Of a DNA stretch of 45,175 bases, positions 10,001 to 15,591 are shown one piece after another. The position numbers were made by a program, and so were the translations under genes. How positions within the stretch are numbered: the stretch's first letter is position 1; the number at the start of each line of letters is the position of its first letter. The stretch lies in assembly GCA_017537515.1 (NCBI GenBank), contig JAFYKO010000082.1, positions 1 through 45,175 of the forward strand. The letters run 5' to 3'. Below the pieces are notes generated by a model that worked only from the letters and a program-made list of their open reading frames with translations, made no database searches and was not told the origin of the DNA. This DNA comes from Clostridia bacterium (GTDB taxonomy: Bacteria > Bacillota > Clostridia > Christensenellales > UBA1242).

Positions 10001-12593
10001 GTTGAAGATTGACATCCAAAACTGCGATTTTTTCAACTTGTTGAGCTTTTTTGATTTCAACTTTTAGGGTAAGGGTGTAGGTCTTTCCAAACTCTTGGAC
10101 TTTTGCAACAAAGAAGAATGTCCGAGATGCCACACTGTGATACTTGGTCTCCCCACCTTCTTCGTAAGCCTCGGTTGTACTGTGGGCCTTGATTGCCACT
10201 TCGCCGTCCTCAAACACAAAGTTGTAAACATTTTTTCCGCCAAGGGTGAAATCGAAGCCATAATTTGAAGTCCATTCAATGTTTGAGTATGTTGCATCTT
10301 CATTGATGTAGACAAATGCTCTGCCTTCGGAATAATCCATATCATTTACGCCAAGTGTTTCGGCAGAATAGAGAGTAAGCGAAGTTTTTGAAAGTGCAAA
10401 GCCGTCAACTGGGATATACACTTCAACAAAGAAATATGTTTTGAAACTTACTGATTGTTTGCTTTCGCCATTCAATTCGTATCCGAAAATAGTGGCTTCT
10501 ATGCAAGTTTTTCCGCAGTCAAGGCCATAAATCTCGCTCATACCTGAAAGATAACTTGCTTGGACAATATCAGACTCTGACCCGAATGTAAGGTTTTGCA
10601 TATTATTGAAGATTGCAAGGTGCATAAAGTTTTGGTATTCACTTGCATATGCGTTTTCATAATCTGACAATAAGGTGTCTGAATATCCATATGAGATAGA
10701 TGTTGCACCGGTGATATTTTTGGTAAGGGTGATTGACGTGCCTTGCTTAATGGCCACGCTGAATTGCAAGTTGACTGTATTTGAGAAGTTTGAAATCACT
10801 TGCATATTTCCAACAGCGGTGCTTCCTTGTGGGGTTGGAACTGAAAGTTTTATATCTTTTAGTGTCAATTCTTCAAACACTTCAACCCTGAGGCTTGCAG
10901 AGAATCCATTTGCACTTCTTATCACAAGAATTCCATCAGCACTGACTTTGCCTTTAACTGAAGATATTTGGAAGGTATAATTGTTTGCTTGTATACGAGT
11001 AATACTCTTCGAATCGGCTGTAAACGCATCCCCGCTTGTCATAATCTCAACGCTGTTGCCTTCGTCATTGTCGATAAAGAAGCTAACGCTTTGCGTCATA
11101 ACTTCGTTTGATGTGAGATAGACAACCTTATTTCCGTCTTGGTCGATTTGTGTGCCGTTGATTTCGAGGTTGAGTGTACCTTGAGTTGCGTCAAGGAAGA
11201 GTGTTTTTGAGATTGCTGGGTTGACTTTTGCAAAAATCTTGATAGCACCATTTGATGCTGACGTAGAGTTTGCCTTAACAAAAATTGCTTCACCGCCTAC
11301 AAACTCATATTGGTCGTCTGTGAAGATAATTTCTTCAGCAAACCCGAATGCGTTTTTCTTATAGAATGTATATTCACTTGAACCGGTTTGGAGTTCCAAA
11401 ATAAGAACTCTTTGGTCTTCTGGAATTGCAGAAGGGGTTACTTCAGTATCGATTTGGAGACCTATTTTTGAACCATAATACTCGTGATAAACCACTGCAG
11501 TATTGGATGCTGGAACGAGGCCGTCAGTTAAAAGTTGAATTGATTTAATTGCGTCATGGGTTTCAATCTTGAAAGATTGAGATGTGTAGGTGTAGCCATA
11601 AACATCATAAGACATAACGAAATAAACCTCGTCATTGCCTGAAAGTTGTGTTGAAGTGAGAGTAAAGACAAAACGTGTTTTGTCATTGTTTTGAGATTTT
11701 GTGCTTGAAACAAATTCTACTATTTCACTTTCGGTTTTGAGTGTGCTTTTCACATAAGGAATGATTGATACAGACTCGCTGGTGCTGAGTTCTATTATAA
11801 AATCAACTGACTTTGTGTCTGCAATATTTTTGGTGAGAGAAATAGTTCTTGTAAGGTCGATTTCGCCTGCTGTTTGAGAATAATTTGCACTATACTCAAC
11901 CACAGAAGAAATTGGTTCGAGGACGTCAAGAGTTATAAAAGTCGAGATATTTGGCTTGTCCACGCTTGTTGCTTTGAGGGTTATTTGATTGAAAGCATAA
12001 TCATCGGTGATTGTGAGGACGCCATTAGAAAGGTTTACTCCGCTTGCGAGTTCATCAAGAAGCGAGAATTCGACAACTTGTTGTGTTGTGTTTGCCGGGC
12101 TGTATTGAATAAGTTTGTATGAATTCAAGGCTTTTGGTTCGCCACGAACGACATAGAGATTTTTAGAGTCGGTTGTTGAATACATAGCGGAAACTGGCAC
12201 TTCAACATTGACATAGAAAGACACAGTCTTGTTGCCTTCAAGGGTTGTTACGGTGATAACCGCATTTTGACAAACGCCATTTGCTGTAAGCGTTATTGCA
12301 GTTGCGTTTCCGTCCTCAAAGGCGGTTTCAACGGTTATGTAGGCGTTATTTGAAGAGACGCTAATATCTTTGCTGATTCCCTTATCACCTTTTACATAAG
12401 CGTAAATTGTCTCTGTTGTTGAGACGCCATTTTCGAGATATAAAACAACCGTCGCACCGTCATTTGACAATGAGACAGAAATGTTTTTGTTTGAATCGCA
12501 CGCCGTAAAGCCAAATGCGAGCAAAACAAAAATCAACACAAACGAAAGTTTGCTTAAAATCGACTTAAAACTAATGTGTGAAAATAAACTCAT
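1..12593 (-). CDS. Giant cell-surface lipoprotein, N-terminally complete, C-terminus beyond the left window edge (at least 4197 codons); Ig-like domain arrays interleaved with five GLUG-type beta-helix modules
   Basis: ATG at 12591-12593 (minus) lies 7 nt after a GAGAGG Shine-Dalgarno core. Hand translation in this frame (top base of each codon = 2 mod 3) gives no stop down to nt 3, base-by-base verified at about 11790-12593, 9603-9701, 6003-6059 and 3-68. It is missing from the ORF track only because it has no stop inside the window. Every minus-strand ORF the track lists in 1-12593 is in another frame (end coordinate = 1 mod 3). Protein starts MSLFSHISFKSILSKLSFVLIFVLLAFGFTAC. Confidence 0.85.
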   Translation of the reverse strand, partial: MSLFSHISFKSILSKLSFVLIFVLLAFGFTACDSNKNISVSLSNDGATVVLYLENGVSTTETIYAYVKGDKGISKDISVSSNNAYITVETAFEDGNATAITLTANGVCQNAVITVTTLEGNKTVSFYVNVEVPVSAMYSTTDSKNLYVVRGEPKALNSYKLIQYSPANTTQQVVEFSLLDELASGVNLSNGVLTITDDYAFNQITLKATSVDKPNISTFITLDVLEPISSVVEYSANYSQTAGEIDLTRTISLTKNIADTKSVDFIIELSTSESVSIIPYVKSTLKTESEIVEFVSSTKSQNNDKTRFVFTLTSTQLSGNDEVYFVMSYDVYGYTYTSQSFKIETHDAIKSIQLLTDGLVPASNTAVVYHEYYGSKIGLQIDTEVTPSAIPEDQRVLILELQTGSSEYTFYKKNAFGFAEEIIFTDDQYEFVGGEAIFVKANSTSASNGAIKIFAKVNPAISKTLFLDATQGTLNLEINGTQIDQDGNKVVYLTSNEVMTQSVSFFIDNDEGNSVEIMTSGDAFTADSKSITRIQANNYTFQISSVKGKVSADGILVIRSANGFSASLRVEVFEELTLKDIKLSVPTPQGSTAVGNMQVISNFSNTVNLQFSVAIKQGTSITLTKNITGATSISYGYSDTLLSDYENAYASEYQNFMHLAIFNNMQNLTFGSESDIVQASYLSGMSEIYGLDCGKTCIEATIFGYELNGESKQSVSFKTYFFVEVYIPVDGFALSKTSLTLYSAETLGVNDMDYSEGRAFVYINEDATYSNIEWTSNYGFDFTLGGKNVYNFVFEDGEVAIKAHSTTEAYEEGGETKYHSVASRTFFFVAKVQEFGKTYTLTLKVEIKKAQQVEKIAVLDVNLQQGIYLQLDNSGKDLTRPITAEVQIGKSNIEPFNSELVFEFLPDAYTESDAITVNREAGYITVDGSRINGGAGIIRIAPADRYTPTGYVAGENDVAVYIPITIADGNSRATAYRVNNLSQITELDKHYVLMQDVTAINPGDFVFNGALSGGLYGALIGSNEIATIQTSKTLFSEITLSGKVADLIITNTAGEIAGNSVLANKNKGSIENVTVESFNSAGNYTILKASEDVGYVGGLVAENYGKITDSAFFGGVESTSNAVVGGLVGLNTGDIFGSKVEVYNYNSSNTTTYAKISGTSFVGGLVGEMTAGTLKNSYFQSYASENADPKNYIGLEVISGQNVGVLVGNLTGGNIDKTFGYANDLTSFTGNATNLSYIKNAYLVFRTDNQNASGTYIQNNEYTEIRNLNYAEVWALDSEQNFGLPYFKGIVLEIPLESISNTLANADNIFSIQGKSVIFHYSTSGSLTLQEIYALSDLNFITFEELLGTTESLVGLRGISSDSKVIAVFANGVQITGKGSATLTLFSKYDSTISQTFEIYTINPILDFKLMQNGVEFGDNSNLKIKTNNNFSLTALLQNSIILDQNYVLIDENKYQLSFQEDLDSYISGKNLTATINTIKLYEDFGLDLFEVEYALSVVSDSLSSAEKTAINEILGNNFSGSFFLNFYKGADVVDVNQSEFTMQPSGEIIVEGFILSDIAPANESLAIIVDSQEFEDIFDIQTQYISSEYFTSKIDLTQKTQNIDEAVYFKHYYRISLEVKSEYKNYDFDQNTTSNGNVGTELKLLAYAKSSLGNAETIGTDLVFEDFSVVINSQEITSINASHYTLIDKNLVYDSTSKKNIVYHSYSGTSTSVLSPGEEGLLKINLFPDYADYDYITVTYSAQNGANGNLTFGLMKKETNGLFTRNNNNYAIFEDGIIVYNAYSLDESNVDNQNIIYISTFVPLTTNQDVVFNIQISAIKNQVAVKTIPFNLIVQYLEGADIAVYNPDGREVDNVARGTTQKLVVTLEKDQTLENLFFTGVDTSISSVGNYITYANQTIEELPSSILKTITYDLYVGETLEILHNANYVTIEAVISWKENGKQQTKTTTMALGIVDFVIDEITLLTDKLDKTNLTTYVGLDTNLQFDFNGNQNQGGNDAFNQFIQNFYYEKKSDLGTFGDYVVNTNNYKAKSFLGNLYYVNGDGSTSSIVSNDGTINSNSYFTINVDETTGKISITGIATTTNPVKLVFKLQVQYPNAESRYYTTEINFNFTITVVKYSDEDTPLIIENEAGFYDAIQGNTPENYILMTDLYLEDYTPQTTNAIKSLDGNNFTINIMSYDDSSATQVENFALFETVNADTILKNLTVNIYHAGLVSVNTSVTRSVNIAGLAITNYGIIYNCEVVAFNADKTTPELGTSGIVASYSSGNISSLITSTIAGFVVYNEGNISNSRVGGNMLHKVNSNDIPLSVFSIAGQGNIAGFVYENRGNIASSYFANGQITNNTASGIETRTAGFVGQNSGQIHTSYVKGVGNAEYSLSGGGISTSSISAGFVYTNSGDIGDSYSNIMLASGTGNTTSPYESGRFTAGFAYINSGEIERCYTASKIENAKNTQTAFLGVDENNQKQNTGTIKNSYYYASSVLEGDSYTDLDQNVSIKRIQEPDNTEYFYGFAFSDDTNSVNGVWYATAYGVDLVSANQIAVSNRYLANVTRNAVTNEIESYNLPYTEGYEYGSKINPIIIKNADEYNMAFGGFTTLQSTAVEKYRSQTEVYGNYRLISDINFNDIPSTQSGKIGSTDKTLKGGIVDGNMFTISGLDLTASADTSVLNYGLFAKLEQNAIIMNMNVNVILVSAGKAQNVGAIAGSVYDSKLINISLMAGSQTQNSNVTGRNIVGALAGIVQGDSEVKNITATNISVTAEYKVPSSSQGFSRNNSEIINLNAYVSYAGGIIGVADIYGLGYSNTYTYDQAMKTPHLLFLKTEGSMVISGSTAGGVIGYMGPRTFMKDATLELSNTLTQKIIADKFYAGGIVGENYGDLDMLRAQHELALQNQIESDIPLYYQNPASTEVERGNLTLFESTSQNKPLAIGGLVGLMTTGKITHAYSKVNVISKYATYAGGVVGQIPGLLNASKYQISLNEVYAFGDVKASDAEKAGAGGIAGYIDFGRKLAFNKVNAVNFWGLVEDNGSFTIPQNTYSVFALTGSSLLQSYVAPEYIDNVARVNGEVVSLNPSYSGYNLPSITCAVGSDDMFAVTTVKFNGKKKGEEVSLKKSFAKLNTGSYYDMIQAKQSITPLYELSTSSYNGVTMDQYFLQSDWDPNYWVRYTTELLPKLVMFSDTNLFYIDKAEDLQKIIQFPSATFIVRAAESPVKPIINIGSYLVTSGIDFSSIVFTGVLKGLDNTMNYGFGFEGLAVPFFESIQNAKIYNLTFKNLGSSNTQAIPTSSSITNTATQSSFENLTISNCHITASLSEGFNNVGILANKISGGYISNITFVNCSVTALASEDLSETDVSVGMLAGKIETVSSANMQIGDVTAYMSSGFVNSPNSTLNDIVINANNHPIKNLSVGSIAGSADGAVMLAYTTISATSERVKGVGVANTTNPKQTYTPDSSYNGINNGLVINVQNRGNIERYNAGLLFGEANNLTVSFQRVSTDSRLNIVGAITASENANIGEANIGGIVGKSNTSTSLTNGATVKTDAFVVVDVDMALTAEKVNAGMLIGSAIGIEGIDNIETFGTINVKATSGQTNIGGFVGVVNGDLKITNAISRTSLTYTNSNTNLSGFANVGGMIGLFNTTSSSLILGNMDYDAKYIGRITIDGSNVNVGGLVGGIVGSRTSVSNVNAVEIIGTVFGGSVLVKSGEAMYVGGIVGNSNTSGSYELRKTLTKNLSYGDIHVSANMTENDKPSYFGGILGKGSSATHLNTNYSVCTITSASSDITENMNINAVVGSSNGTLTDSDAKNYYSNQLTLCLDYNETDLVNGLQTENVYFYTNNGLDETLPTLASVIVDYKTQLDDYEENVEVYEGSKLAPIQLTNSNFNQNKKWFESDNNGRKTFFVLTESLSQDVMKNISLKNAHFVGDGFETRIASDALFASVDANSVVAGVKVVANSLSTHTTTVYSKSGTVATGSGTLANINLGTIYSCNATESEGPEKFQVIGIQNSLSDVYTGGLVGVNGGQILDSATDVDVKTTAIAGAFVGLNDGIINNSYTTGSVNALDSYAFGQGSANGKIYSSYTSAITQNNGSVGSGVFGDNSTTDCHYDLYTTGTYDDNGIESDTNTMSTMIEVSEENPKDIFLSNSKASKKFAYDITTNYGFLSFSGEAYKNLPHLKNSNTGDGSVDNAFMIHSVGKLQQLNTM
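1060..3065 (-). repeat. GLUG-type beta-helix module 4
   Basis: Head: NLFYIDKAEDLQKIIQFPSATFIV...AVPFFESIQNAKIYNLTF. Turns: NVGILANKISGGYI, SVGMLAGKIE, SVGSIAGSADG, NIGGIVGKSNTS, NIGGFVGVVNGD, NVGGMIGLFN, NVGGLVGGIVGS, YVGGIVGNSNTSG, YFGGILGKGS. Confidence 0.5.
3085..4868 (-). repeat. GLUG-type beta-helix module 3
   Basis: Head: NPIIIKNADEYNMAF...YGNYRLISDINFNDI...GGIVDGNMFTISGLDL. Turns: NVGAIAGSVYDS, IVGALAGIVQGD, YAGGIIGVADIYG, TAGGVIGYMG, YAGGIVGENYGD, AIGGLVGLMTTGKI, YAGGVVGQIPG, GAGGIAGYIDFG. Cap: SDWDPNYWVRYTTELLPKL. Confidence 0.55.
4985..6235 (-). repeat. GLUG-type beta-helix module 2
   Basis: Head: DTPLIIENEAGFYDAIQGNTPENYILMTDLYL...LDGNNFTINI. Turns: NIAGLAITNYGIIYN, TIAGFVVYNEGNISNS, NIAGFVYENRGNIASS, RTAGFVGQNSGQI, ISAGFVYTNSGDIGDS, FTAGFAYINSGEIERC. 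Cap: NGVWYATAYGVDL. Confidence 0.55.
6236..8730 (-). repeat. Second array of Ig-like beta-sandwich domains in the giant protein
   Basis: Segments such as ISSDSKVIAVFANGVQITGKGSATLTLFS resemble Big_2 domains. No G-L-x-G turns here. Boundaries approximate. Confidence 0.4.
8731..9680 (-). repeat. GLUG-type beta-helix module 1 of the giant protein
   Basis: Head: RVNNLSQITELDKHYVLMQDV. Repeated G-L-x-G turns: ALSGGLYGALIG, VGYVGGLVAENYGKI, AVVGGLVGLNTGDI, SFVGGLVGEMTAG, NVGVLVGNLTGG. Cap: NYAEVWALDSEQNFGLPYF. Confidence 0.55.
9681..12497 (-). repeat. Array of beta-sandwich (bacterial Ig-like, Big_2-type) domains, N-terminal third of the giant protein
   Basis: About 90-100 aa periodic segments rich in T/S/V/N with motifs such as ITLTANGVCQNAVITVTT and ITLKATSVDKPNISTFITLDV, typical of Ig-like group 2 domains. 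Boundaries approximate. Confidence 0.4.
12498..12593 (-). other. Lipoprotein signal peptide of the giant ORF (lipobox F-T-A-C, Cys32)
   Basis: Basic N-region (K10, K15), hydrophobic core FVLIFVLLAFGF, then TAC with Cys codon tgc at 12498-12500 (minus). Confidence 0.6.
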
Positions 12594-12631
12594 TTTTCTT
12601 CCTCTCTGCGAAATTTTCAATTTCTACTAGA

Positions 12632-12661
12632 ATTATAGCATTTTTCGACATTAAAAGTCAA
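12632..12661 (-). promoter_or_regulatory. Sigma-A-type promoter of the giant gene (TTGACT - 18 nt - TGcTATAAT)
   Basis: Minus strand reads TTGACT (12656-12661), an 18-nt spacer ending TGc, then TATAAT (12632-12637). This leaves an approx 30-nt leader containing GAGAGGAAG before ATG 12593. Confidence 0.5.
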
Positions 12662-12933
12662 TTAAAAATACTATGTATTTTATATAAATAACAAAAAATT
12701 TCACAAATTTTTTGGCATTGAAGAAAAATTTCAAAATCTCTCTAAGAAAAACCGCAAAACTTTTCTTGTTTTATTATCCCCAAAATTCTTTCAAAAATAA
12801 CCAAAAATTTATTTTTTAAACAAAAATTTGAATAAAAAAATAAAAAACACATAAAAAATTGGATTTTTTGCATTTTTTGAGTATTTTTTATTAAATTATT
12901 TAAATTTCTGCTTTTGCAAGGTGAAGGTGGTTT

Positions 12934-13674
12934 CTAATTCTGGTCGTCGGTTTTTAAGACCTTGTCAAAAAGGTTGTACCTCTCTGTATGGCATAAACTT
13001 GCGTGTAAGCTTCTTTTGAAACCTGGATTTTTTTCGGCAAGGTCAGATAAGACGAGTTTCACTTTTTCCCTTTCGGTTGTTTTGTTTGCGGGACAACAAC
13101 TGTCCACAATCGGCAAACCTTCACACTGAGCAAGGATGTCATTCTCCCAAATATACAAGAATGGACGAATCACCCACAAAGACGCCCTCGAGAGGTATGT
13201 TTTTGGCCAAAAGGTGCTAAGGCGGTTTTCTCTTGAAACGCACATAAAGAATGTTTCTATAAAATCATCGGCGTGATGCCCAAGGGCAACCTTATTGCAA
13301 CCAAGCTCTTTTGCCTTGGAATTAAGCACGCCTCGGCGAAGATTTGCACACAAAGCACAAGGGTTTTTCTCTTTCCTCACATCAAACACAATCTCTTTTA
13401 TGGCAGTTTGGACAACAACAAACTCAACGCCTAGTTCTTCGCAAAACTTTTCAATTTTTGAGTAGTCTGTATTTCCAAAAACATCAACAGCAATAGCGAC
13501 AATTTCAAAATCAAACTTGACTTGCTTTCTATACTGCGACAGACACAAAAGAAGCGTAAGGCTGTCTTTTCCACCAGACACCCCAACCGCAACCTTATCT
13601 CCTTCTTCAAGCATAGAATATTCTTTGATTGCCCTATGCATTGCAGACACCATTTTTTTGTTTGCTTTTTTCAT
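12934..13674 (-). CDS. ttcA: PP-loop ATPase, TtcA-family tRNA 2-thiocytidine synthetase-like
   Basis: Carries SGGKDS PP-loop, CALCANLRRG (matches the TtcA C-x-x-C-x-x-L-R-R-G motif), GHHADD, and a second Cys pair DSCCP. The start is placed at ATG 13672-13674 because a consensus promoter lies inside the longer track ORF (to 13716). Confidence 0.75.
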   Translation of the reverse strand: MKKANKKMVSAMHRAIKEYSMLEEGDKVAVGVSGGKDSLTLLLCLSQYRKQVKFDFEIVAIAVDVFGNTDYSKIEKFCEELGVEFVVVQTAIKEIVFDVRKEKNPCALCANLRRGVLNSKAKELGCNKVALGHHADDFIETFFMCVSRENRLSTFWPKTYLSRASLWVIRPFLYIWENDILAQCEGLPIVDSCCPANKTTEREKVKLVLSDLAEKNPGFKRSLHASLCHTERYNLFDKVLKTDDQN

Positions 13675-13681
13675 AAGAATA

Positions 13682-13710
13682 ATTATATCAAACTCTACGA
13701 CATTTTGCAA
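13682..13710 (-). promoter_or_regulatory. Consensus promoter abutting the ttcA-like start (TTGCAA - 17 - TGaTATAAT - 7 nt - ATG); leaderless-type
   Basis: Minus strand: TTGCAA (13705-13710), 17-nt spacer ending TGa, TATAAT (13682-13687), tattctt, ATG (13674). No Shine-Dalgarno. Confidence 0.5.
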
Positions 13711-13851
13711 GCCCATTTTTCAAACGCAAACACACTCTAAGATGATAAAATTAATATTTTAACAAAAAATTAAATAAAAAATAATAAAAAATGATTTTTT
13801 TATTAAAATTTAATATTTTTTTATAAGTTTTTTAATTTTTTGTTTATATAA

Positions 13852-14100
13852 TTATTTATCTTTCCATTTGTTTTTTGTAGCCTCGCCACCTCGAAGGTGC
13901 TTTTCCTTAAAATTCTTTTGAAGAATTCTGTCCACTTTTTCAAAGAGTCTTGGGTCAATCAGTGGAAGCTTTTTTGACACGTCGTTGTGAACGGTGCTTT
14001 TACTTATCCCATAAACCACAGCGGTTTGCCTAACTGTTTTGCCGGTCTTTAAAATATATCTCCCAAGCGAGATTGCTCGTTGTCTTTTTACAAAATCCAT
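13852..14100 (-). CDS. spoIIID: Stage III sporulation protein D (SpoIIID), mother-cell HTH transcription factor
   Basis: 82 aa. GISKSTVHNDVSKKLPLIDPRLFEKV and HLRGGEATKNKWK match the conserved SpoIIID HTH and basic C-terminal motifs. SD is GAGAGG. Confidence 0.9.
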   Translation of the reverse strand: MDFVKRQRAISLGRYILKTGKTVRQTAVVYGISKSTVHNDVSKKLPLIDPRLFEKVDRILQKNFKEKHLRGGEATKNKWKDK

Positions 14101-14245
14101 ATAATACCTCTCAATATTTTTGACATAGGCAAAGGGCTTGCCTAGATGCCATATCTAGGGTATTTATATGAAGAAGAAAATAAAAAAAGAACAACTTTGA
14201 GCCGAATTTGTCAAAATTGTTCGATTTTTAAAGTTTTTTGAATTT

Positions 14246-14476
14246 TTACGCTTTTTTACCGTCAATCATATCAGCAATTTCTCTGATGGTTGTCAACTTT
14301 GAAGTTTCTTCATCTGTGATAACAACACCAAATTCATCTTCCAATGTCATAAGCATTTCAACAACGTCAAGTGAATCAGCACCAAGGTCCTCAATCAATT
14401 TTGCGTCGTCCGCAATGCTTTCAACTGGTTTGTTAAGTTGAACGGAAACAAGTTTTTTTACTTTATCAATTGTCAT
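14246..14476 (-). CDS. acpP: Acyl carrier protein
   Basis: DLGADSLDVVEMLMTLEDEFG carries the phosphopantetheine-Ser motif. The start is set at ATG 14474-14476, preceded by GGAGG. The track ORF extends to 14542 through the RBS. Confidence 0.85.
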   Translation of the reverse strand: MTIDKVKKLVSVQLNKPVESIADDAKLIEDLGADSLDVVEMLMTLEDEFGVVITDEETSKLTTIREIADMIDGKKA

Positions 14477-14586
14477 AAGATCCTCCACTTCTGGCCTTTG
14501 AAAAGCCATTGATTTAAAAAACAGCCTATTGAAATTCAACAAACTGATTTTTAACTACGAAACACATTTCATAGTTAATATAGGAT

Positions 14587-14615
14587 ATTATAACACATTC
14601 ATTTTTATTTGTAAA
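14587..14615 (-). promoter_or_regulatory. Sigma-A-type promoter for acpP (TTTACA - 17 - TGtTATAAT)
   Basis: Minus strand: TTTACA (14610-14615), 17-nt spacer, TATAAT (14587-14592). This gives an approx 100-nt leader. Confidence 0.4.
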
Positions 14616-14805
14616 CTTATTTTTAAATTTTCTTTCGTTTAGCAAAAATCGACCACTCAAAATAGTTTATTTATCTTTCTTGGTTTTAAAGATTGTTTTT
14701 TTAATAAATACAATAATTTTTTTGCTTAATTTTTAATTAAAAATAATATTTTTTCAATTTTTTTATATTATTTTAATAATTTTTTTAGGGTTTTAATAAA
14801 ATTAA

Positions 14806-15396
14806 TTATTTATTTTGAAGTTCAAGATAGTTTGCAGGGTCAATACTTTTTCCATCTTCAATCATTTTGAAGTGCAAATGTTTTCCGTCAGAAGATTCAG
14901 CAGTTGCGGTTTTGTCAACCTCGCCAAGTTGGTCGCCTTTTTTGATTTCATCGCCAACTTTAACTAAAACATCATTGGAAAGTGAACTGTAAACACTTTG
15001 CAATTTGTCGCTGTGCTTTACAGTAATTGAAACACCGTCGATTGAGTTTTCAGATACGTTTGTTACAACTCCGTCAGCAACCGAATACACCTTCAAATCA
15101 GTTGATGTAAGGTCAATTCCGTCGTGGAATTCCCATCTTCCAAGAGTTGAGTTGAGAAATAATTCATTGAGAGAATAATCTTTAATAAGTGTTGCATTTT
15201 CCATTGGCATTCCAAATGTCAAAACAGTTGTACTGGTCTCGACACTTTGCTCGTTGTCATTAACCTTAACTTGTGATGAGTGTGCACCCGCAACAATAAT
15301 CGTAACCGCCATTGCAAGAACCAACACACCCGCAACACAGTAGGTCCCATACTTCTTCATAAAAGATGTGAATTTGTTTTTGTTTTCGTTTTGCAT
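14806..15396 (-). CDS. spoIIQ: Membrane-anchored M23/LytM peptidase-domain protein, probable SpoIIQ
   Basis: N-terminal TM (YCVAGVLVLAMAVTIIVAGA), then a LytM domain with HDGIDL (HxxxD) and HLHF (HxH). It neighbours spoIIID, as spoIIQ does in Clostridioides difficile. SD is GAGGAGG. Confidence 0.55.
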   Translation of the reverse strand: MQNENKNKFTSFMKKYGTYCVAGVLVLAMAVTIIVAGAHSSQVKVNDNEQSVETSTTVLTFGMPMENATLIKDYSLNELFLNSTLGRWEFHDGIDLTSTDLKVYSVADGVVTNVSENSIDGVSITVKHSDKLQSVYSSLSNDVLVKVGDEIKKGDQLGEVDKTATAESSDGKHLHFKMIEDGKSIDPANYLELQNK

Positions 15397-15591
15397 ACTT
15401 TTTTCCTCCTCGGCGAAAGTGTAGACAATGCATTAATTTTTTAATCACAACCATCAAAAAAACACAAAAAAATAAATAATTTTTCATTTTTTGCTGTCAT
15501 TTTTAATATTTTTAATTGTTTTTTATTATTTTTGTAAAAACATTTTTCATTATTATGTTTAAAAAACAAAAAACTTGTCAATAACATTGTT

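Noticed and set aside
227-12122. About 35 short ORFs (60-161 aa) listed by the track on both strands inside the first 12.6 kb
   Set aside because: All overlap the single giant minus-strand frame. The minus-strand ones share one off-frame (end = 1 mod 3). Their compositions (Cys/Phe/Leu-rich or Gln/Thr/Lys-rich) are typical shadow frames of a T/S/G/N-rich coding sequence.
12594-12933. Possible invertible promoter (inverton) upstream of the giant surface-protein gene
   Set aside because: Only short A/T-rich self-complementary words (GAAATTTTCAATTTC type) are present. No 15-30-bp inverted repeats flank the promoter and no recombinase gene is nearby.
15397-15450. Sigma-F-type promoter for the spoIIQ-like gene (TGCATT ... 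GAGGAGGAAA)
   Set aside because: The putative -10 coincides with the Shine-Dalgarno sequence and is too close to the ATG. The match to the consensus is poor.
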